Source of the DNA: Podarcis filfolensis
Taxonomy: Eukaryota
Assembly: GCA_964270895.1 (NCBI GenBank)
Contig: OZ185443.1
Length of the DNA: 64,000 nt
Reading direction: 5' to 3' (one strand)
A program made the position numbers and the translations under genes. How positions within the stretch are numbered: the first letter of the stretch is position 1; the number at the start of each line of letters is the position of its first letter. The notes beneath the pieces were generated by a model that made no database searches, had not been told where the DNA came from, and worked only from the letters and a program-made list of their open reading frames with translations. Positions 25,739-40,000 of the stretch are shown here, piece after piece.

Positions 25739-27610
25739 CTTTTATGAAACAAACAAGATGACAAAATAAATCACGTTGTTTCACCACAGGCTGTTTTACT
25801 TCCTCATAGCAACAGCTATTTGAACATCATTATTTAAACACCCTTTGCAATGACTGATTTCCTTTGTCAGTAAATTAATTTAGAAACTTCTTGGTATAAG
25901 TACCCGACATTAGATTAACTGCCATTTAAAAAGGTTTCATTAAATAAAGATGTATTGGCATTTATTCAAACCTTTTCAGTTAATTCCCATGGAATTTAGT
26001 TAAATGTTAATATAATAAACAATACATACATTGATATACTTTATAATAGTTAGATTTATGAGGGATATTAGGAGAGATACAGCAAAATTATCAGTGTAAA
26101 AAAAGAAAACAAAGGCCAACTCATATACTGATGAACTATAAATAATTACATTTCAATTTAATTGTTAGGGCTATACAATATTATTTTACATGGCCCCAAA
26201 ATTATTTTATATTAAAGCGTCTCTAGTGTTAATAATTATTACATAAATCATGATTTATGTACACAGGATTGTACATATTACACGATTGCCCTCCATATAT
26301 AAGTTCTGAAAGAATTATTTCTGGTGGGCTGATGGAACTGCATTGCTTGCAATCAGAAAGACTCAAACCATATATGAACCTGCCATTAGAACAAGGCTAG
26401 TTAGTGGCATTCTTAAACAACAGTCTCCATCAAAAAAAACCCATACAACCTGTTTATTAATGATTAGTAAATTCTGTTAAATCAATAATGTTTACTTAAT
26501 AATATGTGTAGGATAAAGGAGCCCAGAAATTGACAGCATTATATCCACTGAACTTCTGTTAGTGGACCACTGACCCTCTCTCAAAAGCTCCACATATTAA
26601 AGAGAAAGGACAGTGAAAACTTAGGCTTTAACTGTAAACAAAAAATGTGCTACAAGGCTACCACTACAAGGTGTGGCAATAGCTACTAAGGGGATTAGGT
26701 TGTGGGCTGAACTAAACATGTTATTACCAAGTGTGTGTGTGTGTTAGTAAGATTGCAGGGCTGGGGGAGGTGAGACTGAAGCCCTCGTTCTCCAGCTGCA
26801 ATTTTCATGAAATTCACTTCCCTCTGCCTGACAATCAGCACTGGGCAAAAAGCTCCCATTGATGTCAATGGAATCCTCCCTGCCCCCATGCTAATTGCCA
26901 GCAGATATTCTAGAACAGATCAGATTTATTTATTTGTATATCTAGTCATCAGACCATCACAAAATATTATAAAGCAACTATCAATAAATATTAACTCAGA
27001 CTCAAATAAAGCCATCTATAACATTAACATTAAATGCTGAATTTCACTGACGGATAACAAATACCTCTTTAAAAATACTGTCACTCTTTCAAGAAATGTT
27101 ACATCAAAATGACATGACATGACTTTATTCAAAATTATTTAAAACATAAATAAAAGTATAAAACATAATTTAGCTTCTGAATCTCCCTGAAGAACTCTCT
27201 CTCAAGAACTGCACATTTGCATCAAAATGTGCAGTCTTCACAGTTACTATTATTATTTATTCAATTTATAGCCACACTTCCTCCCAAAGGAGCCCTGGGT
27301 GGCAGGTTGTATATTTATGTTGTCAACCCAGTAGATAAATTAAAGACGGATGGTCAAACCTCTCTGCATCTCTCCCTAAAATTTGTCCCAGTTTTTGTCT
27401 ACTCAACGTATTATAAAAAGGACAATCTGTAATAATATGTACAAGGTCTGCAACCTTTAGACCACAAGGGCAGGTCCATTCAGAATGCAGTATAGAGAAT
27501 TTCTGAATCTCCCTTTTAAGACAGTTGAGGGCAACAGATTTAACTACATGTTTGTGAAGTATGTCTCTGTTTTTGCAAATCCTTAAAATAATATGGTAGC
27601 AGGAAAACAA

Positions 27611-27728
27611 GAAGCTACCTTATACTGAATCAGACAATTGGTCCATCTAGCTCAGTATTATCTATGCAGACTGGCAGCTTTCTCAGCCCTACCTGGGACC
27701 TTCTGCACACAATCACTGAAGTATCCCC
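27611..27728 (-). mobile_element. Squam3-like SINE with internal deletions
   Basis: gaagctaccttatactgaatcagacaattggtccatctagctcagtatt is the reverse complement of the Squam3 3' tail. Confidence 0.7.
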
Positions 27729-27897
27729 TCGCCATGGGATTTCACAAATATTGTGGCTGGGAATGGAAGGCTTAAACTGCCCCTCCTTATGCACTGCAAT
27801 CTTGATAATACCCCCTAACCCACAACACCTGGTATTTTTTAAATTAAAAAAACCTTCTTAATCACATAATCATCATCACTGGCAATTAGGCCTATGG

Positions 27898-28108
27898 TCA
27901 TGGAGGAGAAATCTGTCAGAAGCTACTAGTCATGATGGCTATATGGTACTGCCAGTTTAGGAGGCATATACTTCTGAATGCCCTCTGTGGAAGAATAGCA
28001 TGTCCTGCTTATGGGCTTTCCATAGGTATCTGGTTGGCCCTGTGGAAGTCAAGATGCTGGGCTGGAGAAGCCCTTTGGTCTGATCCAGCAAGGCTCTTAC
28101 GTTTCAGT
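27898..28108 (+). mobile_element. CR1 LINE 3' end fragment
   Basis: catggaggag...gctactagtcatgatggcta...atctggttggcc...gatgctgggctgga...tggtctgatccagcaaggctc matches the recalled squamate CR1 3'UTR pattern. Confidence 0.65.
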
Positions 28109-29466
28109 AAAGAAAGTTATATGAAGGTCAATTGGGAACCATGCAGAGAAGAGGCATTCATATAACTTCCTTTCATGAAAGGGTAGAAGATGGCTCTTGC
28201 ATGCCTTTTGTTTTACTCTTTCATAATTTTTATTTTTTTATCCTTGCTTAGATATTTTACCTCCTGTTTGAGCTTTGCTTGGTCTCCCCCCCCCAAAAAA
28301 AACCCTGTGAAAATGAAGCCCTTTATAGAGCACTGAGAAAACAGGAATATAATTCTCTTTTGAGAAATGGATTAGTGATGTTTCTGTTTCATCAATTTGG
28401 GGATTTATCAGAAGACTTTACTATCTTTAAGCCAGGAGATTTACATTGTTAGATAGCCAGAAGCCTTTGGCAGAAATAATCCATAAATAAAGTATTATCC
28501 CATTTCTGAATTGGTTATATTGAGCAACAGAAAACTATCAAAGGGCTCAAAGTTTTCCAGCTATTCAAGGTGCTTTAAAATAGGGAAGACACTTTTGACA
28601 AGGATGGTAGTTTTCCATCCTCTTGGTCGTTGAGTGCCAACAGGTAATTTCAATCCTACGCTTAACTCTCCTTACTGGCCCTTCTCTTCCATAATCCTTT
28701 GGTTAAAGTACTTGAAAGAAGAGCAGAGAATAATGAAACAGAGCCCTGCAATTAGTCTTGTTTAGAGCAGTGGTCTGTTGTTTTTAAAACCATCCTGCTT
28801 CCTTAAAAAAGGGTTTTACACATTTTCATAGTTCTTGGGCAGCCTAGAAATGTATATGGTTGTTGTACTTGATGAAGGACTACATGCAACACTCCTTCAC
28901 AAGTTAAGTGCTATAGGCTACTTTCTAGCCTTTTCTTCTAAAACAAGGCATCACAGCACTCTATTTTTTTAAAGAAAGCCAAGTCAAATGTAAAATATCT
29001 GTGCAATTCTGCAGTGTTGAAACAATTAAAGATATTGCTATGTGGAGAAGAGAATACGTTTGTGTTTCCGGTATAATAGTGATTCATCGTCAGCAAAGCT
29101 AACTGAAGACACAAAGTCCCATGGACAAGTTTTTGAAATACATATATTAACACAAACAATCAAAAGGTCTTGTGGCATCTTCAAGACTAACAAATGCATT
29201 CTGATATAAGCTTTCATTGACTTTCATGTCAGATGCTAGACTTGAGTCCACAAAAGCTTATGCCATAATAAATGCATTAGTTTTTAAGATGCCACAAGAC
29301 TCCTGTTTTTACTGCACTCAAAGAAATGCATACGGCAGAGAGTTAACCCTTTATTGTCAAAGAAAACACAGTCGCTTCGATAGCTCTGGATACCTAAGTA
29401 CACCCATCTAGCATCTAGACAGGTATTCCCAGGTCTGCACTCTATGGAGCAGTTTCAGCAACTGAG

Positions 29467-29800
29467 TGTTAGGATTTCACCTCTCTCTATGCTGCAGATA
29501 TAGGATTGTTGGATCACATGTCTGTATGTAATGCATTTCAGCTGCTGATTGTTAGAGCTATATAAGCAGAAAGGGAGATACGCTGTTTGCTCCCTTCCTC
29601 CCACTGTTCTCCCACAGTGATGTTTTGTTTCAGCGTTCTCTCTGAGGAAGAGAGAGAAAGAGGAGCCATGTTTACTTTGTACTATTATGTTTGATTTCGT
29701 TGCAATAAATAAGGATTACATGTTACACCTCAAGGCTAACACTTCTATTTTGGACTCTGCTAGTCGTGTGTCATGTCCCAGGAGGATATGGGTCGCAACA
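29467..29800 (+). mobile_element. Possible solo LTR (Gypsy/ERV-like)
   Basis: Starts TGTTAGG and ends GCAACA; TATATAAG at ~29559 and AATAAA at ~29704 are in the correct order. No TSD found. Confidence 0.45.
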
Positions 29801-30375
29801 GCGTGACGGGAGACCGGAGTGAAGAATTCCGGGCGACGCTGCATTGGGGAATGGCACAAGGCCTCGGCATTATCTCCCAACACTGGGGACCACTCCCCTG
29901 ACAGGCTGTGCGCATATAGCCAGAAAAAACGCCTGTGCGGAAGCTGCTTCTACTCTTCCTGCCTTAATTTTTGGTTCTAGGAGATAGTGGCGCAGGGAAA
30001 GGTGGGGAAGCACCTGGCCATTCACTTGCCTGGCCTGCCTCATCCACATCTTTCTCCAGCTCTGAAGCTTCCCCTCCCTCTGAATTTTGCCTCCTGGCCC
30101 CACAGACCACTGCCCCCCTTTCCTGAGTCAGATTCAAGCCTCCCCGGGTACACACTTGTCAGCATCCTACCAGTCCCTGACAGAGGATATTCTACCTCAA
30201 AATGTTTTCACCTCAAAAATTTGTCCCCAAATTATAACCACCAATGGCCCTTTCCTTTTATCTGAACTGTTATCAGAAAACAAAGGAGAACATGCACATT
30301 TCAAGCACTGCAAGTTTGTAGCATATCCTCCACAGTACCATCTTAAATAAAAAATGCATTAGAGGTATTACTTAC

Positions 30376-30611
30376 TCTGAGCTTTCGGCCAAACACATTG
30401 ACTTTGCCTTGGGCTTGTTCTTTTCGGAACCTCCACTCCACCAAATTCTGTCCATTTTCTCCAGGGAGAGTCATATTTCTTTTTGCTACAGTTGGATTGG
30501 CTGTGCCAGCTAAAACGTGTGGTTCTGTCTGGTAATGTGTATCCAGGCCACTGGCATAGATAATTCTGAGAGACCCATCATAGCCAATCTGGTAGCTGTT
30601 TCTTAACTGAT
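30376..30611 (-). CDS. TENM3: TENM3 window exon 9 ([14 protein letters not shown]...FGRKLR), YD shell
   Basis: Acceptor atttcag|AT; donor AGA|gtaagt; 236 nt, phase 1 to 0. Confidence 0.95.
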
Positions 30612-31288
30612 CTGAAATGGAACAAAAGTATAGCATACTTCCAGAGCTGTGACTTTTCATTTAAAGGGAGCCATAATGGAGAACAAACCACAGCTTCTTG
30701 TAGATTTTTCTGCCCTGTTAAAATTTATTCTAATTCTTCAGTTTGTATACAACCTCTTAACTTCACTATTTGACAGATGTATCTGTTTGATTCACATCAC
30801 TATGGATATTGCAAAAAGCACAGTTGTGTTCCCCCGCATGTGTTTCTCCCATTCACTTCTTTATAGGAATTTCTGCATGCATAGGAGCTTCATATAATTT
30901 GTTTATAAATTATATAAACAACCACAATTCAATAGCATAACTTCAGTTTCAACAACAGCTAATGAGCAGTAGCTTCAAATTAACCAGCATTTAAAAACAA
31001 TTTCCAACCCAACATAAAAATAGGTAACAGAATAATTTTAATGCTTCATTTGCTGTTAGCTTCAGATACAAATAATAATATTTGGGCCAGTTATATAACA
31101 AAGGTTAATCACACATCCCAAATATAGCCAACCCATCTTTCAAACTGTATGCTTAAGAATGAGATGTAATATTTCACCTTGCAGATCTCCAATGCTAATC
31201 CTTAACTATAATATCCTGACCATAACTGGCTTTGTTTCATTTCCCTCCTCTGAGAAAAAGGGGCTTTTGTTAAATCCTGTTACTGTAC

Positions 31289-31464
31289 CTTGTACCATTG
31301 TATAGAAAGAATCAATTGATGATAGGTTTGAAGTAATGCTGACATCTTCCTCTCTGCTAGAAGATTCAATGTCGACTGTAATGGCCTTTTCCATCTCCCC
31401 ATGCAGGTTGGTGACCACTCCAGTTGGAAATGTGACATTGGTTAATCGCCCCTCACTGTCGTAG
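31289..31464 (-). CDS. TENM3: TENM3 window exon 8 ([16 protein letters not shown]...YTMVQ), YD shell
   Basis: Acceptor ctttag|CTAC; donor CAAG|gtacag; 176 nt, phase 2 to 1. Confidence 0.95.
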
Positions 31465-32295
31465 CTAAAGCAGAAAAAGCAGAAAATGAAATGATAAGAA
31501 ACAAGAACAAATTGTTTTTCTTCACATATTAAAACTAACAGAAAATATCAGATGGTAATATTGCTAAGGAATCCTTGGTTTTTGTGCCTGAGTTATGCAC
31601 AATGAAGACTTCAAACAGGCTTTGAAGTTACTGAAAGCCTGTTTAACATACAGGAGCCTCAGTGGAAGAGAAAACAGATGGATCTCCAGTTCTGCATATT
31701 ATTCTTTGAAGTGTGACCAAATCCTGCTGCACATCTAATTTGCTGTTTCAAAGGGAACATGTTTGGTGGGGATAAATTGCTTCACATTCCGAACTCGCTT
31801 CCCATAATCAGGCTAGATTTAGTTCACTCTTATGCGAATGTTATCTCAGGGGCTCTTGAGATTTTTTTAGCACGGGCCTTATCGTCCTGTGAAGAGAGCA
31901 GACCTCCTCCACTTATGCTCTTCACTGCATCACATTCTCTGTATTACAAGGATAAGCTGTATTGGGAAACAATTATTCTCTGCTGCTACCTGACATGCTT
32001 GGAGCAGAAAATCAAATGGAGCAAGCTGAAAACTACCCTTCTCCCTGATATTTTCCTCTTCCAACCCTCCTTTCTTGCCCCCCACCCACTGTAATAGACA
32101 GTCAGCATTCTATGGTCACTGAACATGCTCAGTAATTATTTCACTGTTCTTAGCTTCCTCACTTGCACACGCCCTTTTCTTTTACTTTCACCAACTCCCA
32201 AAGCTTTCTGATACCTTCCTCTTGGACATGAGCAGTACTATTTTGGCTGCCTGTACTTGTGAAATAGAAGGAGCAAGTGGTTACCTTGCAACAAT

Positions 32296-32645
32296 ATTTA
32301 TTTATTTATTTATTTAAAAGATTCCTCAGCTGCTCTGCATTGCAAATGTATTTCCAGAACAGGGTGAAATTAAAACATTTCCAGGTGCATTATACAATTA
32401 CAATCAGCCAGCTAAAATAGCCATCAGTAACGGCACTGAACTCTACCAAAAGCCTGGACAAATAACCCCTTCTTCAGCTAGCATTAATGACTTTAAAGAG
32501 TTGGCACCAGCCACATCTCGGTGATGAGGGAATTCTAAAGCTGGGGTGCCACAATGCTTTGGGGCGGAGTGTTTCTGTTCAGGATTCCAGCGGCAGTCAG
32601 CTTTTCATATCCAAATAGTAAGCTCAGTCTTCCTTGGGCTGTGGT
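32296..32645 (-). mobile_element. L2 LINE 3' fragment
   Basis: (ATTT)n tail followed by aaaagcctgg...ggcaccagcc...gagggaattctaaagctggggtgccaca, typical of an antisense L2 3' end. Confidence 0.55.
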
Positions 32646-35600
32646 GGGTGGAATGCCCAATCTAATCTACATGAAAATTTTGGATTTTTCCATTGGTTTC
32701 TAGGTGCAGCTCTCACTTCTGTTCCTGGAGAGCATGTAAACTTCTCAGTGTAAGCTTCCAAAGAGCATATACAGACAATGCAATAGTTCACTTTCTATAT
32801 ATTTTCAAGATGCTCCATTCTATTCTTCCTTCACAACAGCCAGTCAGCATTCTGTAGGCACTTAGCCATCACTGGGATGTTTGGGGAGAGGGTGTTCACC
32901 TAGCCCCCAAATATTTTTCTGGTATTTTTGTAAACCTCAGGTTTTCCCTGAGTACTCTTGAATGTGTGTTTTGGCAGTGTAACTACAAGCACTTGAATAC
33001 CTGAGATCAGTATAAATATAGATGATACAATGTTGTAGTGCCAAACACATTTCTTCTGTTTGCAACTGCATAGATCTGTTCAATATATAGTTATACATAA
33101 TAGTGTCAAACAATATTTCTAACTGGCCTTGGCTTAGATGATGGAGACCAAATTCACTACAGAACAGGGCTTCTGTCCCTTTAAAAGCTCCGAAGGTGGG
33201 CAACTTTCAGTGGTTGTGTGATTCAAATCATTGTAAATTTCTTGGGAAAGCAGCAGCTATGTAATGTCTGTTTGCAGAGCTTTATCAACTCCCTGGTCTT
33301 AAACAAAATATTAACAACATTGTTAACACAATAATGGGGCTCTTATATATGTAGTTAGATTTAAAAATAAAATAAGGAATTTCAAAAATGTGGGCATACT
33401 TGAGAGATGGCTGTATTCTCCCTCTCTGTAGGGTAATGGACACTTAAGTACCATGTTCCCTTACTCTAATCATCTTCTTCCCTACATTTGCAGTTGGTTG
33501 CAGGACCTACAGCAGATACACCCTTTAAAGTACTTTAAAGCTCCCATAGTGATCATATGATCATCACTTGGAGTGTTCAGTGTGCTCATTCAAGTGCACA
33601 TCTCACCTGCAAGTCTCACAGGGTCTATGCTCATCTTCTGCACGATTCCAAATTCAACTTACAAGGTTAGACTGGTAGCTCATTGGCAGATGATTGGGGT
33701 TTGCGGCATAAAACCCAGTACAGCTTTTACATTCCCATTTTTACTCATGGCCACTTCCTATATTTCTAGTTTAGCCTTAAATTCTACAACTAGTCTCAGG
33801 TTCTTGCCAGCATTGGGACATTCACTGCACACCCACAGACACATTGCATTCCGTTCTACAGCTCTCACACCAGTTTCCAACCCTTGAGATTACAGACATT
33901 ATCCTGCCTTGTAACAAACAGTTAACCAAATGAGAGGATCCTCGTATTTCTTTTTGAGTATGAGACGGCTTTTCTTTAGAACCCAATATGGGTAGCAGCA
34001 ATCCACAGAAACTAGGTAAGATTTTCTCAACAAGTCAAAGAGAGTGAAAAATAGAGATGCCACTTCTTTCATATTTAAAACGTCAAATCTCAGAACAGAC
34101 TCTGTTATGAAGTTGCTCTTGTAGAAACTAACAATTTCTATTTTTCTTGAGCCAATGGAAGGGTGTCATGTGACAATTCCTTTGTAACTTCCAGGGATTC
34201 AGTGTTAACAGCATCGACTCCCAACTTTTCAAGGTTTTCACTGTGATTCAAATATGAAACTTTCCCATGACAAACAATTTCCACAAGCAGCACATCTAAG
34301 GCTGATATAAAAGCTTTACACAGCCATTAATCACATATCCCATTTCATAAGAGGCTTTCAATTTTTAATTGTGTCACACAAGATTTAAAATATATTGCAG
34401 TTGTACCTTATTAAACTTGTAGTCATTTTTATGCCTTTACTTAAGCTCTATTTTTTTCCTGTGAGAGCTTAAGTAAAGCTACCATTCACAGATTGATTTC
34501 TTGCTCTTCTTAAAACCATTTCTGATTGCTAACTACAAGACTTTTGTACAAGGGCAACCTGTCAGTGGTAATGATGATCACCATCTCAGACATTTGATCT
34601 TTTACTCCCTTAACTACTGGAATTCTCCCTTCTGAGGTCCATCCTCCTTACTTTTAAAATTACATTCCCACCCAATTTGTTAGTTTTTCTAATCTATACT
34701 CCTGCCTTTCACATTGTTCTGTAATAATTTTCAGAACACCCTGAAACCACAGGAGAAATATGTCTCAGATTTAATTTGACAACTATGAAATATGTCTGAT
34801 TTCACATCAAATGCTTTTTACTCTCTGCCCCTGCTTATTATGTGTTTATGTGAGAAGATAAATAGCTCTTCTGTTAAACAAGAGGCAGGCTTCTATGTCA
34901 CACACCACCAGAAATATTCCCAGGTACTGCTCCTTAGAGGCAAAACAGCAAGAAGCAGTGGGAGAGCAAAGCTACTTATTTCAACAACATCCCTCCCTCA
35001 AAGCGCTGTGATTGGAGAGCCCTGGTAAAACCAGTTGCTCTGATTACAAGCTAAATTTGTCCATCACAAAGGAAATCTCTCCTCGCCCTGGCATTTTCCT
35101 TGTTTGGAAAGCTTAGAGACACAGTTTTGCTTTTAGAAGACACAATGACTATATTCACACATCCTTTTATTTTAGAAACAATGAATATATCTCACTTCTT
35201 CCAAACTAACCTGAAGACAGAGCTACCAAAGCCATGGAAATTATAAAGGGGAAGAAATGGCAGCATGAGAGACAGTGAGACCAAACATCATTTTACTGTG
35301 GGATTTTCAAGTTTGTTCTTATGAACACAGCTGCCAAAATACAATTAAGAAGAGTCCAATTTTCCTTGAATGATTCATGCAAGCCATTGCATTCTGCAAT
35401 GTGATAAAACCTTTGCAAAGAACAGAAAGAATGTTAACCTGCCAGAGTAAAATGATAATGCTTCACAAAAAATAACTGATCTACTTGATGTTCATTGTAG
35501 CCTTGTAGAACAGGGAATACCAAAACAGAAAGAAAATAGAATACAGTCACTGAAGAGCAGATTTGCGAATGTGGGGCAGAGCTGGGGATGTGAAGGTAGT

Positions 35601-36479
35601 AGCACAGCAAGAACGTGGGAAAATTGAACAACTAGATGCACACTGAGTGTAGGAGCTACAGAATACATCCTCAGTCTAGTCTGATCTGGCAACACTCTTT
35701 GGATGTGACGCAGAATTTCTGTGTTTCAATGCTGCCCATTAAAAAGCTCAATGCTCAGATAAAAATAGCATGGGGGAAAAGTCTACGCTGAATGATATCT
35801 ATGATACCTGTGCTTTCTTCATGGAACAAGGCTTTGGGGGAGGGGAGGGCATTCAAATCAAACTTGCATCCACCTGTCACCATTGGAGTGGAAGTGCAGT
35901 CCAGTGCTTTACCACCTGATTCTGTTGCATGTGAAAACTGGGCCAGGGTCTCTGATTTTGACAGGGTCAAAGTTCATTCTTTATTGAAAAAATGTCTGCC
36001 TCCCCCCGCCCCCCCCCCCCGCCGTCATTATGATCCTAGCCTTGAAGAAATTCATTCATCAAATGAACTGATGTCTTCCCTTTTGCTGGGTTATTTCATC
36101 TGCCTAAATATGTTTGTGTTACTAGCCAGATGGCAGCACGGGGTAGAGGCACTGATCTGCCCTCTTGGCAATTTAGTCACTGCAGCTTATGGCCAGTGGA
36201 GGGGAGCATGGCAGCGGGGAGGGCGGCTCATTGTAGCGGCAGGACCACTGGATTGACTCAGCTGCTACATTTGCACCATTTTGATCCCCCTTCCCCTTCC
36301 CAGCAAGCAGCAGTGATTTACCTGTTGGAACATTAGTTAATCACTTCTGCCCCACAATGCCATCCACTACTTAGTTTGGTAAATTATGAGCCTGTTTCTG
36401 TGTAACTGTAAAAGTCTATCATATTGCTTCAAGTTGCTGAAGTTGAACATGATTTTTTCACATCTCCTTCTTTGGTTTT

Positions 36480-36570
36480 GTAATGTGTTGGACAGTTTGA
36501 TTTGTGAACCACTCTGGGATTTTCTACATTAGGAGCGGTATACAAATGGACCTTTATAAATAAATAAAAA
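36480..36570 (+). mobile_element. L2-type 3' tail remnant
   Basis: tgtgaaccactctggga...agcggtatacaaat...ataaataaataa. Confidence 0.45.
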
Positions 36571-39500
36571 CAAAGAGATTGGGGGGGGGGGAAGCTTGTG
36601 TGAAGGCTTATTTGCATAATCGTTTATCTCAACATGACAGCCTCTTCCCTCCCTTCCACTTTTAATTTGCTTGTATGGTCAACACACACAAAAACAATGT
36701 GACATGACACAATCAATCAGAGCTGCTAAATGACATATATTACCTTGCCACGCCAGCATACTAAAAATGTGCATTTGCAATCAAGTGGATAATAATAGCA
36801 ATTTGTTATTAAATAATTATCCCATAATGACCATCTTACTGTAAACTAATGTAATAAGAAAGCACTAGGAGGGAAGGTTGCCACCTCCTATCCAAGACTG
36901 AGTGCCTGAAGAGACACCACCCAGAGAGTGAGTTTTCTCTGCCACTTCTGACAACCTGCCCTCCACTTCCTTTGCCTGCAGTCACGAAGAGAGCCAGTTT
37001 TGCCCCACAGCAGGTGTATGAAGCAGACAGAGCAGCATCAAGTGATGCTATTCCTATAATCATTGCCCTGGAGCTGTAAAATCAAAACTGTTGCCTTCAA
37101 GTTAGGATCCAGCAATGCCACTGGTTGTGATTTTATTGAGGATTACCAATAAAATGCAAATCTCTCATACCCTATTCCTATGACTAATCAAGAATCCCAA
37201 GTACAAATACTGTCTCACAAAGGGTCCTCCTACATTTCCCCCAGCATTCCTGAATTGTGAGGTTCAAATGAAATGTTCAAAATGTGCCCTGGAAAGAAAG
37301 AAAAAAATCCACAATATTTCAGACTGGAGGCAAAAAGTGCATTTCAAAGCCCTGAAGCCTTTTCAGATGAATTCCCTCTGGCACATTCCTCTGATATATT
37401 GAAAGGGACGATTCTGTTGATCATACCCTTGGCAGTGTTACTATTCTGGCATTATGACACCCTGGAGATTTCTGCATGCCAGAAAAATACCCAAGTCCTC
37501 TGCATTTATAACGGAGGCTTTATAATTGTGCTCAGATCCTTTCAAGAGCAGCCAAGTGCTAAAAGTTTGCGGATGAAAGTTACAGTGATTTTTTAAAAAC
37601 CAACTATTAAGGTTTCAGGATGTCCCACAGTTCAAGGGAGGGTATTGTATTTCATAGCAGAACTCCACAGAGCAGTTACAACAGTGTCAGTGTCTAGTCT
37701 TTGAAAGCTTTATCTGAAAATTTAATAAGTAATTGTGTGTTTTAACTTATCACCAACTCTTTGGATCTAACTTATAGTGAGTCTTTTGGGCGAACCTCAA
37801 CTGACTGCCAAGAAATTCCTTATCTGAGAAAAGGAAATACCTAGAGAACTCAGACATCACAAAAAAGGGCTAACCGTACCAGTTTGGATGTTACCTTTTT
37901 TGTCTGGGGGAGACTCAACTTGGTTAGAGTTGCAGTCACACATTACTCTCCCATGCACTCACTGTGGGAAGAAAGTTATGTGGCTGTAGTGTAGTTTCTT
38001 ATGGCATCTTCCTGATGCTGCAACTGTAAATCACAATCTTTTGCAAGTAGAGATCAAAGAGATTGAGTAGGATACCACATTCAAATGAAGAAGCCCCAGT
38101 CTCCCTGATAGGGCTGGCATCAGGGGTGAGCATTGCTGGACCCCTGCCAAGGCCCCCACCACTGGACACTCCTGCTCCTCAGCCTCTTTGGTCACCTTCC
38201 CATCCCCTTTTGTGTTGTGTGTTTTAGTTGGTAAGCTTGCCCTGTTTTAATTGTGTGTGCATAAGCTGCTTTGGCTGAAGAGGGGGTCAAAACACTCCAA
38301 ATAAATAACTGGTTATGGGCAAGATGTGTAACGTGTAAGGCAAGATGTATTTCTAAACCTTTTCTACACTGGGTGTGGTGTTTCAATGCAACACTACCTC
38401 CAATACAGCACCAGAGTCCCCTACAACTGTTGTATAGCTTATATTCCTTTGTAGAATTATGACCCAACCATCACAGATTTAATTGCAGCTACTCTACCAA
38501 ACATAATTTTTCATGTATCACATTTTTTGCCTATGTGCGTGTGTGTTAGAGAAAAAAATCTGCACAGGTGAGCTGTAATAATGCAAATGCTTAATTTGCT
38601 GTGAGTCAGAAGCAGAAACATCTGCAGCATGAAGTAACCAAAGCTGAGCTTGGTGGCCTTTGCAGCAAAATGAGCACAACTTTCTCAGTTGTCTTTTTCT
38701 CATGCTCTTTCAAAGTTTTCGGTTATATAATGCTGCAGAATAGAGCTGATTGAACTAAACTGATTCATGTATTTGTTCAAGGCTAACTAGCTATCCAGCT
38801 AGGTGAAATGAAGGGAAGCTGTCTGTGGTGAGCCATAGCTGGAAAAAAGCACCTGATCACAGCCAGAGATAAAAAGCCTGGAGAATATTTGGAACTGAAG
38901 GGTGTGGGGAAGAGAAGTACAGCACAGTGAGAGGCTGAAAGGCAGAGTAAGGAGAAAGGTAAGGGGGGGGGCAAAAGCTGCAATTGGTTGATTGCATCTG
39001 ACATATGAAGGAGGTTTTGCCACAATCAACCTTGGTACTGTTTGAAAAACAGCTGCAATCCGAAACGTATTTACCAGGAAGTAAGCCCCACTGGCCACAA
39101 TAGGACTTACCTCTCAGCAAACATGCAAAGGGTTGTCAGTAAGTGGCTACAAAAATCCTATGCTGACTACGCTGCTTACATTACTCTTTAAAGCTGAAAT
39201 GTTTATGAATTCATGGAAGTGTTTTAGATGGTAGAATTATCATTTCTTTGTTGGCAGTCTCCTAAGACTCTTACAGTGGACTAAATATTTAAACTGAATT
39301 TTCATGTGGAGTCAAACATTTAGTTTGTATTTTATTTTCATTCTGGGTCACAGGTACAGGCATTTTGGCATAATTTTGATTATATGCAGCTGCTGGGAGA
39401 AATCATCCAAAAAGTACAGCTTTAATGACATCAGCAATACCAAACAGTGCACTTCATTTTTCCCCCTGAAAGAAGTGTTTGTTTTGCATGTTTTTTAGCT

Positions 39501-39596
39501 CAAGGAGAGCATGAATCTGTCACCGTGTGTGTTCGGGTGCAAAAGATTCAATTTGCATGAAAAGGTGAGGTATTAAGGATCTTGCAGCACAGGGCA

Positions 39597-39750
39597 GGCT
39601 GAGATAGCTCAGTTGGTAAAGCATTAGGCTCTTGACCTCAGGATTGTAGGTTTGAGCCCCACATTGCTCAAAAGCTTTCTGCATTGCAGGAAGCTGGACT
39701 AGATGACCCTCACGGTCTCTTCCAACTCAACAAATTCTATTATTCTAAGT
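39597..39750 (+). mobile_element. tRNA-Lys-derived SINE with CR1-type tail (Squam2-like)
   Basis: Head gatagctcagttggtaaagcattaggctcttgacctcaggattgtaggtttgagcccca (A and B boxes); tail ggactagatgaccct...ttccaactc...attctattattcta. Confidence 0.75.
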
Positions 39751-40000
39751 TAGGGGTAGGCAACCTAAGGCCCAGAGGCCGGATGTGGCTCAATCGCCTT
39801 CTCAATCCGGCCTTCGGACGGTCCGGGAATCAACGTGTTTTTACATTAGTAGAATGTGTCCTTTTATTTAAAATGCATCTCTGGGTTATTTGTAGGGCAC
39901 AGGAATCCGTTCATTCTCTTCCCCCAAATACAGTCCAGCCCACCACATGATCTGAGGGATGGTGGACTGGCCCACAGCTGAAAAAGGTTGCTGACTCCTG
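39751..40000 (+). mobile_element. 250-bp hAT-Charlie-type MITE with perfect 8-bp TSD
   Basis: TIRs taggggtaggcaacct / aggttgctgactcctg; TSD ttctaagt at 39743-39750 and 40001-40008. Confidence 0.9.

Noticed and set aside
36002-36022. C/G homopolymer tracts with G4 potential (also 13311 and 44009)
   Set aside because: Common throughout this assembly, with no contextual support for function.
39600-39665. tRNA-Lys-like sequence
   Set aside because: Stems and B box are degenerate and it runs into a CR1-type tail, so it is a SINE head rather than a tRNA gene.
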